Below the pieces are notes generated by a model. That model had not been told where the DNA came from, did no database searches, and worked only from the letters and a program-made list of their open reading frames with translations. A stretch of 64,000 bases of DNA from Thermodesulfobacteriota bacterium (GTDB taxonomy: Bacteria; Desulfobacterota_D; UBA1144; Nemesobacterales; JAJCZQ01), in assembly GCA_965215275.1 (NCBI GenBank), contig OZ244044.1, positions 128,001-192,000 on the forward strand. The letters run 5' to 3'. Below are positions 1-9,625 of the stretch, piece after piece. The translations under genes and the position numbers were made by a program. Every line of letters starts with the position of its first letter. The stretch's first letter is position 1.

Positions 1-633
1 CCTTTCAAAATTCCTTCTGCTTCCATGGTACCTACGCTGCTGGTCGGCGATCATCTGCTCGTAAGTAAATTTATTTACGGAACCAGAATACCTTTCACCG
101 ATATTAAGGTATTTCCCCTTAATGAGATCGAAAGGGGGGACGTGGTGGTTTTCAGGTTTGCAGATAAGGAGTTTTCCAGTGACCAGAAGTACCTGCGTGA
201 CGTTCACTACATAAAAAGGGTTATAGGCGTTCCTGGTGATAAGATAGATATGAAGGGCAGGGAGGTCTATATAAACGATAAAAGGATAGAACAGGAGTTT
301 AATGACAACTATTTTTATTATGAAAAAGGAATTGAGGTTAAAACGGATAAATACGTAACTGCTTTAGGGGACCATGAATTTGACGTTATATATAAAAGCG
401 GTTCGTTCGATACAAAAAGAGGCAAACTTGATTTTCCGATAACGGTTCCCGAAGGAAAGGTATTTGTTATGGGAGACAACAGGGACAACAGCTATGACAG
501 CAGATTCTGGAGTTTTTTGCCATCGGGTTACGTGCTGGGCAAGGCGTTCGTTATACACTGGTCATGGGACTTTGACCAGGGTGGTATTTTAAATAAAGTA
601 AGATGGGGCAGAATATTTTCAACAATAGACTGA
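1..633 (+). CDS. lepB: Signal peptidase I (5' end outside window)
   Basis: In-frame PFKIPSASMVPTLLVGD (catalytic Ser box), YIKRVIG (catalytic Lys) and GDNRDNSYDSR motifs. Confidence 0.95.
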   Translation, partial: PFKIPSASMVPTLLVGDHLLVSKFIYGTRIPFTDIKVFPLNEIERGDVVVFRFADKEFSSDQKYLRDVHYIKRVIGVPGDKIDMKGREVYINDKRIEQEFNDNYFYYEKGIEVKTDKYVTALGDHEFDVIYKSGSFDTKRGKLDFPITVPEGKVFVMGDNRDNSYDSRFWSFLPSGYVLGKAFVIHWSWDFDQGGILNKVRWGRIFSTID

Positions 634-691
634 TATGTCGCGGTCGCGGTTTGTATGATAAGGCAATTACGGGGATTTTATTATCATTGTT

Positions 692-1243
692 ATGAAAGAA
701 AAAATTATGAAAGAAAAGGTCTTACTTAGCTCAAGGGAAATAGACAGAAAGATATTGAGGATCGTTCACGAGATAATTGAGAAGAATCGTGGGGTGAGCA
801 ACGTTGCAATAATAGGAATAAAAACACGAGGGGAATTTATAGGCAGAAGGATAAGTGAGAGTTTAAAAAAAGCAGAAAAGAAAAAGATCTTATTTGGCAC
901 CCTGGATATAACTCTGTACAGGGATGACCTGAGAAATAAACTGAAGTTACCTGAGCTCAAAAGGACCGATATAAGTTTTGATATAGATAAACTGAAGATC
1001 ATACTTGTGGACGACGTGCTTTATACGGGACGTACGATAAGAGCTGCAATAGATGCAGTAATGGACCTTGGCCGTCCATCTAACATACAGCTTGCAGTAT
1101 TGATCGACCGTGGATTAAGGGAGTTACCTATCCATCCTGATTTTGTGGGATTGGAAATAGAGACTTCGGATAAAGAAAAGATCAATGTATTTTTAAAAGA
1201 GCACGATAAAAAAGATGAAGTAGTGCTTATAGAAAATGGGTGA
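692..1243 (+). CDS. pyrR: Pyrimidine operon regulator / uracil phosphoribosyltransferase
   Basis: LDITLYRDD, VDDVLYTGRT and DRGLRELPIHPD motifs; precedes pyrB. Confidence 0.95.
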   Translation: MKEKIMKEKVLLSSREIDRKILRIVHEIIEKNRGVSNVAIIGIKTRGEFIGRRISESLKKAEKKKILFGTLDITLYRDDLRNKLKLPELKRTDISFDIDKLKIILVDDVLYTGRTIRAAIDAVMDLGRPSNIQLAVLIDRGLRELPIHPDFVGLEIETSDKEKINVFLKEHDKKDEVVLIENG

Positions 1244-2180
1244 GTTTAACAGAAAACATATAATTTCTCTTTCCGAATTATCCGCTGATGAAATAGATCA
1301 TATTCTGGATACCGCCGTATCCATGAAACAGATAACGACCAGGGATCTGAAAAAAGTGCCCACTTTGCAAGGTGTTACCGTGGTCAATCTTTTTTTTGAA
1401 CCCAGTACCAGGACCAGGTCTTCGTTCGAGATCGCAGAAAAAAGATTAAGTGCAGACGTGCTTAATTTCACTTCATCGCAAAGCAGCGTCGTAAAAGGGG
1501 AATCGCTCGTTGATACGGCCAAGAACCTGCAGTCCATGGGAGCAACTATAATCGTAATAAGGCATCCTATGTCGGGAGCACCCTGGGTACTGGCAAGAGA
1601 ATCCACCGCGTCAATTATCAATGCGGGGGATGGCTGTCATGAGCATCCCAGTCAGGCGCTACTTGATCTGTTCACTATAAGACAGATAAAAGGGAAGATC
1701 GACGGTCTGAACGTTTTGATAGTTGGAGATATCCTGAACAGCAGGGTTGCAAGGTCCAATATATACGGACTTTTGAAACTCGGGGCGAATATCAAGCTTG
1801 TGGGACCGGGTTCTCTGATACCGAGTTATTTTAAAGAAATGGGACTTGACGTCTTTTACAGACTTGAAGACGCCCTTGTGGATACGGACGTAATTATTAT
1901 GTTGCGGATTCAGAAGGAAAGGAAGAGCCTTGAGTACTTCCCGTCGATCAGAGAATATTCCAGGTTCTTTGGATTGACCGGTGAAAAGCTCAAATTGGCA
2001 AAAGATGACGTTATGATAATGCACCCGGGTCCAATTAACAGAGGTGCGGAGATGACCTCTGAAGTTGCAGATGATGGGAGGTCGGTGATCTTGGATCAGG
2101 TTACGAACGGAATAGCCATAAGAATGGCGCTTATATACCTTGTTGCCAGATGGAGGTCTGATGAAAATGATACTGATTAA
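1236..2180 (+). CDS. pyrB: Aspartate carbamoyltransferase catalytic subunit
   Basis: FFEPSTRTRSSF, HPSQALLD and MHPGPINRG motifs. Confidence 0.97.
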   Translation: MGEFNRKHIISLSELSADEIDHILDTAVSMKQITTRDLKKVPTLQGVTVVNLFFEPSTRTRSSFEIAEKRLSADVLNFTSSQSSVVKGESLVDTAKNLQSMGATIIVIRHPMSGAPWVLARESTASIINAGDGCHEHPSQALLDLFTIRQIKGKIDGLNVLIVGDILNSRVARSNIYGLLKLGANIKLVGPGSLIPSYFKEMGLDVFYRLEDALVDTDVIIMLRIQKERKSLEYFPSIREYSRFFGLTGEKLKLAKDDVMIMHPGPINRGAEMTSEVADDGRSVILDQVTNGIAIRMALIYLVARWRSDENDTD

Positions 2181-3456
2181 AAGCGGCAGAGTGATAGACC
2201 CTGCCAATAACGTTGATAGTATTAAGAACGTTCTTATCAGTAAGGACCGTATAGAAGGCTATCCGGAAGATATAAAGGCTTTTGGATCAAATCGTCGCAA
2301 GGTAAAGGTTATTGATGCCGCAGGCATGGTCGTGGTCCCCGGGCTGATAGACGTACATGTTCATCTGAGAGAACCTGGGTACGAGCATAAGGAAACGATA
2401 AGAACGGGAACCTTATCCGCGGCGGCAGGAGGTTTCACTTCCATAGCCTGCATGCCAAATACAGACCCTGTTAACGACAATGCATCAGTGACTGATTATA
2501 TTTTACTTAAAGCTCTTACAGAAGGTGTCGTTAATGTTTTTCCGATCGGGGCAATAACCAAAGGTGAAGAAGGAAAAGAGCTTGCCGAGATCGGTGAAAT
2601 GTGCCAGGCAGGCTGTGTAGGGATATCGGACGACGGTATGCCCGTTGTAAATTCAAATCTGATGAGAAGGGCTATGGAGTACGTGAGGTCCTTTGATATT
2701 CCTGTAATTACTCATGCAGAAGACAGATATCTTTCAGACGGAGGCGTTGTTAATGAAGGAAAGTATTCAACTCTTCTTGGATTAAAAGGTATTCCCAGTG
2801 CATCTGAAGAGGTGATGATCGCCAGAGACGTCAGACTGTCTGAACTGACCGGTACTCACCTTCATGTGTGTCACGTGTCAACTGAAGGTTCCGTAAGGAT
2901 AATTAAAGATGCTAAAAAGCGAGGTGTAAAAGTAACTGCAGAGGCAACCCCTCACCATTTTATCCTATCTGATGAGGAGGTGCTGGACTTCAACACTAAT
3001 GCCAAAATGAACCCACCTTTGAGATCTGAAAAGGACGTTAAAGCTATAAGAAAAGGGCTTAAAGATGGTACGATCGATGTGATCGCAACTGATCACGCTC
3101 CGCATAGTGAAGATGAAAAGAACGTGGAGTTTGATAAAGCTCCTTTTGGCATTGTTGGATTAGAAACGGCATTGCCATTATCCCTGACCCTCATAGACAA
3201 AAAGATACTTACCTTAAACCAGGTCATAGAAAAGTTGACTGTGCTGCCTGCCAAGATTATAAACATTGACAGAGGAACTCTCGGTCAAAATGAAATAGCG
3301 GACGTGACCATCTTTGATCCAAACGAAAGTTTCACAGTTGATAAAAGCAAGTTCAGCTCAATGAGCAATAACACTCCTTTTGATAAATGGAAATTGAGAG
3401 GCAAGGTCAAATACACTATCGTCTCCGGCCGAATTGTTTATACAGATAAGGTTTAG
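2161..3456 (+). CDS. pyrC: Dihydroorotase (type I)
   Basis: DVHVHLREPG, KMNPPLR and ATDHAPH motifs; ATG at 2161 follows GGAGG (ORF track starts at 2140). Confidence 0.95.
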   Translation: MKMILIKSGRVIDPANNVDSIKNVLISKDRIEGYPEDIKAFGSNRRKVKVIDAAGMVVVPGLIDVHVHLREPGYEHKETIRTGTLSAAAGGFTSIACMPNTDPVNDNASVTDYILLKALTEGVVNVFPIGAITKGEEGKELAEIGEMCQAGCVGISDDGMPVVNSNLMRRAMEYVRSFDIPVITHAEDRYLSDGGVVNEGKYSTLLGLKGIPSASEEVMIARDVRLSELTGTHLHVCHVSTEGSVRIIKDAKKRGVKVTAEATPHHFILSDEEVLDFNTNAKMNPPLRSEKDVKAIRKGLKDGTIDVIATDHAPHSEDEKNVEFDKAPFGIVGLETALPLSLTLIDKKILTLNQVIEKLTVLPAKIINIDRGTLGQNEIADVTIFDPNESFTVDKSKFSSMSNNTPFDKWKLRGKVKYTIVSGRIVYTDKV

Positions 3457-3650
3457 TTACTTACTAAAGAACTTATTTTTCAAACATGGTCCTCCATGTT
3501 CCTTAGGTAAAAGTCCCATATTACTATTGGATGTAGAATGATACATTAATTAAGGACATTCACTTTAAATAATATAGAAGTTTATATTGTTTAGATTTAT
3601 TCCAAAAAGTTAAATAGAAAACTCCATGAATTTACCAAAGAGGGTTAATT

Positions 3651-4796
3651 ATGGAGACAAAAACAGTTCAAAAAATGTTTAAGTTCAAAGTAGAAAATTT
3701 AGGTTGCATAAAAAAAGGGGAATTCACGCAAAAACCACTGACTATCTTCTGTGGTCCCAATAACAGTGGAAAAACTTGGACTATGTATTCTCTTTATCAT
3801 TTTCTTTGTAAGATCACATCAGCAAAAAAAGATATAACTTTGAGAAAATTTAATACATCTTTATCAAATGATCTGCCAGATGTGTTTAACACCACGTCAG
3901 AAAATATAAAAAACGCTAATTTCAGCTTTAATGTTACAACAGAGCATTTTGATCATATATTAAAAACAGAAATAAATAGTGATAGTAATACTTTCCTTAT
4001 ACCAGCAGAACGAAGCGGTTTGCATTTGTTCTTTAGAGAGTTAAGAACCAGGCGTACTGCTTTATTACATTATGCGTCTAAAGAAAATATTAATATTCAT
4101 CAATTATTAGAGGATGTTATACACTCCCGTTACTCCATTCCTGTTGCAAAATATATTAACTGGTTGAATCAGATGGATGAAATAACAAAGCAAAGAGCGG
4201 ACTTTCACGATTTCGCACAACAAATACAGAAAAAATTAGTAGGTGGTATTTACAAGGTGTCTGCTAAAACCAGTGATATAGAATTTAAACCCTATCAAAA
4301 AAAGCGCGATGGAAATAGCACTCAGTATATGAGTTTGCACCTTACCTCCAGTATTGTGAAAAGCTTGTTCGGGCTTTGGTTCTATTTACAGAATCAAGCA
4401 AAGAAAGGAGATGTTTTAATGATAGATGAACCAGAATTAAATATACACCCGGAGAATCAAAGACAAATCGCACGATTATTGGCTAGATTGGTCAATGCAG
4501 GGCTAAAAGTGGTTATTAGCACACACAGCGATTATATTGTAAGAGAACTCAACTCACTTATTATGCTAAATCAGGATAAAGATAAAAACTTACAAACTAA
4601 ACATAAATATTTGCCAGATGAGATATTAAAAACAGAACAAGTTGCTGCCTATCTATTTGATGATCAAACTATAAAGCCCTTTGAAATATCAGACGATGAT
4701 GGTATTTATGCAACCACTTTTGATAGAGTGATAAAAGATATAAATCAGGTTAACGACGATATCTATTATAGCTTACAGGATAAAGAGTGCGACTGA
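3651..4796 (+). CDS. ABC/AAA-type ATPase (AAA_15/AAA_21-like), AT-rich, probably horizontally acquired
   Basis: Walker A GPNNSGKT, Walker B LMIDEPE and H-loop STHS; visibly more AT-rich than neighbours. Confidence 0.85.
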   Translation: METKTVQKMFKFKVENLGCIKKGEFTQKPLTIFCGPNNSGKTWTMYSLYHFLCKITSAKKDITLRKFNTSLSNDLPDVFNTTSENIKNANFSFNVTTEHFDHILKTEINSDSNTFLIPAERSGLHLFFRELRTRRTALLHYASKENINIHQLLEDVIHSRYSIPVAKYINWLNQMDEITKQRADFHDFAQQIQKKLVGGIYKVSAKTSDIEFKPYQKKRDGNSTQYMSLHLTSSIVKSLFGLWFYLQNQAKKGDVLMIDEPELNIHPENQRQIARLLARLVNAGLKVVISTHSDYIVRELNSLIMLNQDKDKNLQTKHKYLPDEILKTEQVAAYLFDDQTIKPFEISDDDGIYATTFDRVIKDINQVNDDIYYSLQDKECD

Positions 4797-4903
4797 GAAA
4801 TACTATAACAATGCCGAGTTTTCCACCATATCAGTTCTATAGGTCTTTCGGTCTTTGAAGCGTGAAATTTTAAAGAACCACCTGATCCAGACACGCTCTG
4901 TGT

Positions 4904-6523
4904 TTAATACTTCTGAAGATTTTGTGGAACGTACCACTCAAGCAGATCAGGCCCCAAAGGGTAAATAATTACATTTTTAAATCTGTTGTTTACTGCCACC
5001 GTTGACATACCGCAGAAAAGAAAAGTATATGGCTGTTCTTTATGAACTATTTCGGCAAATTCCTTGTAAAGAACAATTCTTTTTTTTCTATCAAATTCCC
5101 GTCTTGCCCTGCTGATTAGCTCGTCGGCTCTTTTGTTTTTAAATCCAACGAAATTGGACCCTCTCTCAGCTTGAGTCGAACTCCATATCTGGTACGGGTC
5201 AGATTCAACTCCCATGCTCCATCCGAGTGTGACGGCATCGAACTTTCTCTCGTTCAATCTTGTGGTAAACACTGCCCATTCCGTTTTTCGTATTTTCATA
5301 ATAATACCCGTCTTATCAAGTTCCTCTTTTAATATCGTTGCTATTTTCTCTCCGGTTTCTGATCCGCTGGGCAAAAGGAACTCGAACTCGAACTTGATTC
5401 CGTTCTTGTCCCTTATTCCATCACCGTTATGATCCGTCCATCCTGCTTCCTCTAATAGTTTTCGTGCTTTTTCAGGATTGAATTCAAAAGGGTCAATGGA
5501 TCTGTTGTACTCGGGACTGTTTATATAAAAAGGGTTGGTGATGATAACGCCCAGATCAAGGAGCACTTTTTTTAAGATAAGTTCTCTGTTCAGAAGATGG
5601 GTCATTGCGGTCCTGACCCTTCTGTCGTTGAAGTAGGGCTTATTTGTGTTCCAGCCTATGAAGCTGTAGTTGGGTCTGTAGTATTTATGTTTATTGAATT
5701 TTTTTTTGAAGGATTGGGTCTTGCTTTGCTTATCCCACTGAATTGGAGTAAGTCCGGAATAATCAAGTTCACCTCTCTTTAAGACCTGAAAAGCCACAGT
5801 TCTGTCGTTTATTATCTTAAAAACGATCTTTTGCAGTTTGGGCTTCTCTCCCCAGTAGTTTTCATTTTTTTCAAGCAGTATCTCACTTCCTGTGGTCCAT
5901 TTAACGAATTTATACGGACCCGTGCCTATGGGCTTTCTTGAGTGAGGGTTTTTATTAAAATCTTTTCCGCTGAAAAGATGAGCGGGAACGATCGGCATTC
6001 CACCGCAGAATTCCAGAGCCAGGAAATAAGGTCTGGAGTAAATGAACTCGACCGTGTGGTCGTCAATGGCTTTTACGTCAAGTATATCCTTATAGTAGTT
6101 CCTTAAGTGTGGAGTATCAACCTCCGGGTCCATTATAGATCTGTATGAAAAAACAACGTCCTTAGAGGTAAAAGGTACTCCGTCCTGCCATTTGACTTTT
6201 TGCTTTAATCTGAACTTGTACCTTAGCTTATCATCGGAAATTTCCCACGACCTTGCAAGAAGAGGTTTGATCTCCAGCGTCTTGTTATCTCTTTTTGTAA
6301 GGGTCTCGTAGATATTACCGTTTATTACTGACTCATAAACATCAGTAGCGGTTATAGGATTTAAAGTTGAAGGTTCGGACGACAGATGGTAGATAAGCCA
6401 TCCACCGGAAGCTTTTTTCCCGTTATTGTTCTTTAGTTCGTTCTGATTACAGGAAGATAGATAAAGACTTCCAAAGATATATATAAATACCAAAAAGATC
6501 TTAGCAGGATTGCTTAACTTCAT
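4904..6523 (-). CDS. Peptide ABC transporter substrate-binding lipoprotein (family 5)
   Basis: Lipobox LSSC; PLLARSWEISDD, GTGPYKFVKW and FNDRRVRTAM segments. Confidence 0.9.
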   Translation of the reverse strand: MKLSNPAKIFLVFIYIFGSLYLSSCNQNELKNNNGKKASGGWLIYHLSSEPSTLNPITATDVYESVINGNIYETLTKRDNKTLEIKPLLARSWEISDDKLRYKFRLKQKVKWQDGVPFTSKDVVFSYRSIMDPEVDTPHLRNYYKDILDVKAIDDHTVEFIYSRPYFLALEFCGGMPIVPAHLFSGKDFNKNPHSRKPIGTGPYKFVKWTTGSEILLEKNENYWGEKPKLQKIVFKIINDRTVAFQVLKRGELDYSGLTPIQWDKQSKTQSFKKKFNKHKYYRPNYSFIGWNTNKPYFNDRRVRTAMTHLLNRELILKKVLLDLGVIITNPFYINSPEYNRSIDPFEFNPEKARKLLEEAGWTDHNGDGIRDKNGIKFEFEFLLPSGSETGEKIATILKEELDKTGIIMKIRKTEWAVFTTRLNERKFDAVTLGWSMGVESDPYQIWSSTQAERGSNFVGFKNKRADELISRARREFDRKKRIVLYKEFAEIVHKEQPYTFLFCGMSTVAVNNRFKNVIIYPLGPDLLEWYVPQNLQKY

Positions 6524-6534
6524 CCGTTTCTTTT

Positions 6535-7299
6535 TCAGCCGATTTGCTCTTTATCGTTCTTATGACCGTCCATAAAGGGCTTTATAATATCTATGGGAAG
6601 AGGCACAACAATGGTTGATCCTTTATCCGAGGACATTTCCATCATTGTCTGTAAATACCTTAACTGCAGTGACATCGGGTTTTTAGACAGAATATCAGAA
6701 GCTTCAGCGAGCTTTGTTGATGCCTGATATTCACCTTCAGCTGCTATGACCTTTGCTCTTCTTTCTCTTTCTGCTTCAGCCTGGCGTGCCATTGCTCTTT
6801 GCATTTCCTGTGGCAGGTCAACGTATTTTACTTCTACCAGTGTAACCTTTATGCCCCAGGCATCCGTTTGTTTATCAAGTACGTCCTGAAGTTTTAAGTT
6901 CAGTGTTTCCCTTTCTGCTAACAGGTCATCAAGTTCGACCTGTCCCAGTACGCTTCTCAGGGTTGTTTGTGCCAGCTGGGACGTTGCATACAGGTAATTT
7001 TCCACCTGAACTTCCGCTTTTTCCGGTTCCAGTACCCTGAAATAAACCACGGCATTTACCTTTACCGAGACGTTATCCTTGGTAATTACGTCCTGAGGAG
7101 GTACGTCCATTGTAATTACCCGCAGGCTTATTTTCACCATCTTATCTATGAAAGGGATAATAAATTGTAACCCAGGACCCTTTGTACCCGACAGTCTTCC
7201 AAGTCTGAAGATAACACCTCTTTCGTACTCTTTAAGTATCTTGACGCTGTTGTAAATTATGAGTAATCCGATGATAACAACAAAAACGATCATTCCCAT
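6535..7299 (-). CDS. SPFH/stomatin (slipin) family membrane protein
   Basis: [12 protein letters not shown] and [18 protein letters not shown] at 7299 after GGAGG; follows nfeD. Confidence 0.92.
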   Translation of the reverse strand: MGMIVFVVIIGLLIIYNSVKILKEYERGVIFRLGRLSGTKGPGLQFIIPFIDKMVKISLRVITMDVPPQDVITKDNVSVKVNAVVYFRVLEPEKAEVQVENYLYATSQLAQTTLRSVLGQVELDDLLAERETLNLKLQDVLDKQTDAWGIKVTLVEVKYVDLPQEMQRAMARQAEAERERRAKVIAAEGEYQASTKLAEASDILSKNPMSLQLRYLQTMMEMSSDKGSTIVVPLPIDIIKPFMDGHKNDKEQIG

Positions 7300-7314
7300 T
7301 GTTGCCTCCAAATT

Positions 7315-8730
7315 TTATACTTTGGATACTTTTATATCCAAGCTTCCTTCACTTTCAATAACTTTTATCTCATCATCTTTATTTAATACTTCTTCGCTGT
7401 GTACGTTCCAGTATTCACCATTTATAAATGCTTTACCTGTTTTTCCACTGCAATCGATCATTTTACCGCGCTGACCCACCAATCCTTCATAACCGCTCAT
7501 TGTGTTAAGGTCCCATGTTTTCCTTACCGAGTAGATTATAAATACGAAGAATATTCCGAGTGCAAGGGAAGTTGCAAATATAATGCTGTAGCCAACTCTC
7601 AGGTTCGATTCATCTGTATCGAACAGCAACAACCCTCCAAAAACAAAGCTCAGCAATCCTGCAAGGCTAAGAAGTCCGTAGCTTGTGACGTACAGCTCTG
7701 AGACGAACAACGCAAGTCCGATAAAGATCAATGCAAGTCCTGCGTAATTAAAGGGCAGTATTTGAAGTGAGACGAACCCGATTATCAATGAGATCAAACC
7801 GGCAACACCGGGGAATATGGTACCGGGATTATAAAACTCTATAATTATTCCAAGAGACCCCAGAGATAGCAGCAGAAACGCTATATCTGGGGTACTAAGA
7901 ATGTTTATGATCTTCTGCTTCAGGCTCATTTCAAGTCTTTTCTGCTCTGTACCTTTTGTGTTCAATACGACCGCTTTTTCACCGACCTTTACTTTTTTTC
8001 CATTGACCGAGTTAAGCAGGGAGGGGATGTTGGGAGATATCAGGTCTATTACGTTCTTTTCCAGAGCTTCTTTTGCAGTTATGGAATCGCTGCTTCTTAC
8101 GGCATTCTCGGCCCATTTGACGTTTCTTCCTCTTTCTTCGGCGATACTTCGTATAAAAGACACTGCGAACTTCTCTATCTTCTCGCCCATAATATTTTCG
8201 GTGGTTTTATCTTCTTTATTTCTGTTCTTTCCCTTTTCAAAAGGATTTTTCTGAGGTCCGCTGTTCCTGTTACCTATACTTACTGGATGTGCTGCACCGA
8301 TACTTGTACCCGGAGCCATAGCGGCAACGTTACCGGCCAGGGTAATGAACACCCCGGCTGATGTAGCTGATGCACCTTTTGGGGACACATATACGATTAT
8401 GGGGACCTCGGAATTAAGTAATAATTTAACTATGTCCTTTGTTGAACTGAGAAGACCTCCAGGTGTGTCAAGTAAAATAAGTACTGCCTCTGAGCCTTCT
8501 TTCTCGGCTTCTTTTATACCTGCCTTTATATAATCGGTCGTTGAGGGGTTTATAGTGCCGTTTATCTCAATGGTTATAACGTTCCGGCCAAGGTCGCCGC
8601 CTGCAGGGTCTGACGTTGTCTGAGCATATGAAGTTCCGTGGAAGGAAAACAAAGCGATCAACAGGAAATTCGTTATGTATGGATACATAATTATCATCAG
8701 ATTATACACGGTGTCTTTGGATAATTCCAT
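7315..8730 (-). CDS. nfeD: NfeD long form: membrane-bound ClpP-class serine protease (true start may be ATG 8688)
   Basis: LDTPGG, SATSAG and GAAHPV motifs, TM region, C-terminal OB domain (GEYW). Confidence 0.9.
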   Translation of the reverse strand: MELSKDTVYNLMIIMYPYITNFLLIALFSFHGTSYAQTTSDPAGGDLGRNVITIEINGTINPSTTDYIKAGIKEAEKEGSEAVLILLDTPGGLLSSTKDIVKLLLNSEVPIIVYVSPKGASATSAGVFITLAGNVAAMAPGTSIGAAHPVSIGNRNSGPQKNPFEKGKNRNKEDKTTENIMGEKIEKFAVSFIRSIAEERGRNVKWAENAVRSSDSITAKEALEKNVIDLISPNIPSLLNSVNGKKVKVGEKAVVLNTKGTEQKRLEMSLKQKIINILSTPDIAFLLLSLGSLGIIIEFYNPGTIFPGVAGLISLIIGFVSLQILPFNYAGLALIFIGLALFVSELYVTSYGLLSLAGLLSFVFGGLLLFDTDESNLRVGYSIIFATSLALGIFFVFIIYSVRKTWDLNTMSGYEGLVGQRGKMIDCSGKTGKAFINGEYWNVHSEEVLNKDDEIKVIESEGSLDIKVSKV

Positions 8731-8866
8731 TGAGAATATTGCTTAGTATAGACCAGGGTTAAGAAGAGAACCGAACCTTCTTGCTTTACAGTTTCATGAA
8801 AGGGAACTTTATAGGGTTTATCTTGAATAATGCTACTTGTTTATTTATAGTATATTTACATTAACA

Positions 8867-9490
8867 GTGGAAAAAATTAAATATACACAGAAAGAACTGA
8901 AGCAGCCGGATAAGTTCACAGCTTTTATTGTAAGGCTGGTGGACAAGGTTGAAAAAAACTTTAATAAGATTCTGTTTGCTCTCGTTGCCACCGTTCTGGT
9001 ATTTGCTTTCGTTTTAGGTTTTAACTTTTACCAAAATAAAAAAAGCGATGGCGTTGGAGCTAAGTTTGCAGATGCCCTTGAACTTTACAACAGTGGTAAT
9101 GCTGAGGAAGCGCTGGGCAGATTTTCAGATATAGCATCAAGGTATCCAGACGAGCAGGCGGCTAAACTCTCCATCTATTATTCCGGAACTATATACTACG
9201 ACTCTGATCAGTATGAGAAAAGCATTGAAAAGATGCAGGAATATCTTGAAAGTAAACCTGATAGCCAGGTCCTTAGGGATAGCAGTAATTTAACGCTAGG
9301 GCTTGCTTATTATAATCTGCAAAAATGGGAAGATTCGATTAAATCCCTGTCCAAGATAGATAGTTCAGACAGTCTTTACAGAAAAGCGGCTAAGATAAAC
9401 CTTGCTCTTGCCTATGAAAAAACGGGTCAGGCCCAGAAGGCACAGGAAATATACAAACTTATTCTTCCATATCTGACCGCTTCTGAATGA
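8867..9490 (+). CDS. Membrane-anchored TPR protein (YfgM-like)
   Basis: KELKQPDKF N-terminus, one TM helix, TPR-like helices; GTG start assumed. Confidence 0.7.
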   Translation: MEKIKYTQKELKQPDKFTAFIVRLVDKVEKNFNKILFALVATVLVFAFVLGFNFYQNKKSDGVGAKFADALELYNSGNAEEALGRFSDIASRYPDEQAAKLSIYYSGTIYYDSDQYEKSIEKMQEYLESKPDSQVLRDSSNLTLGLAYYNLQKWEDSIKSLSKIDSSDSLYRKAAKINLALAYEKTGQAQKAQEIYKLILPYLTASE

Positions 9491-9586
9491 TCGCGAGATA
9501 AACTGGTAGTTGAACTTACATTTATAGGTGGTTCAACACAGCTTTACATGATTATTATCACTGTAAGAAATAAAAGAAGTCCATAC

Positions 9587-9616
9587 TTGACATTCGTTCA
9601 TAATACCTGGTAAAAT
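9587..9616 (+). promoter_or_regulatory. Sigma70-type promoter of surface-protein cassette 1
   Basis: TTGACA-18 nt-TAAAAT with TG extension; conserved in the paralog at 52774-52803. Confidence 0.7.
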
Positions 9617-9625
9617 AAAAGAGTT

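Noticed and set aside
634..691. PyrR-binding attenuator upstream of pyrR
   Set aside because: The gap is only 58 bp, with no recognisable PyrR binding loop or terminator/antiterminator
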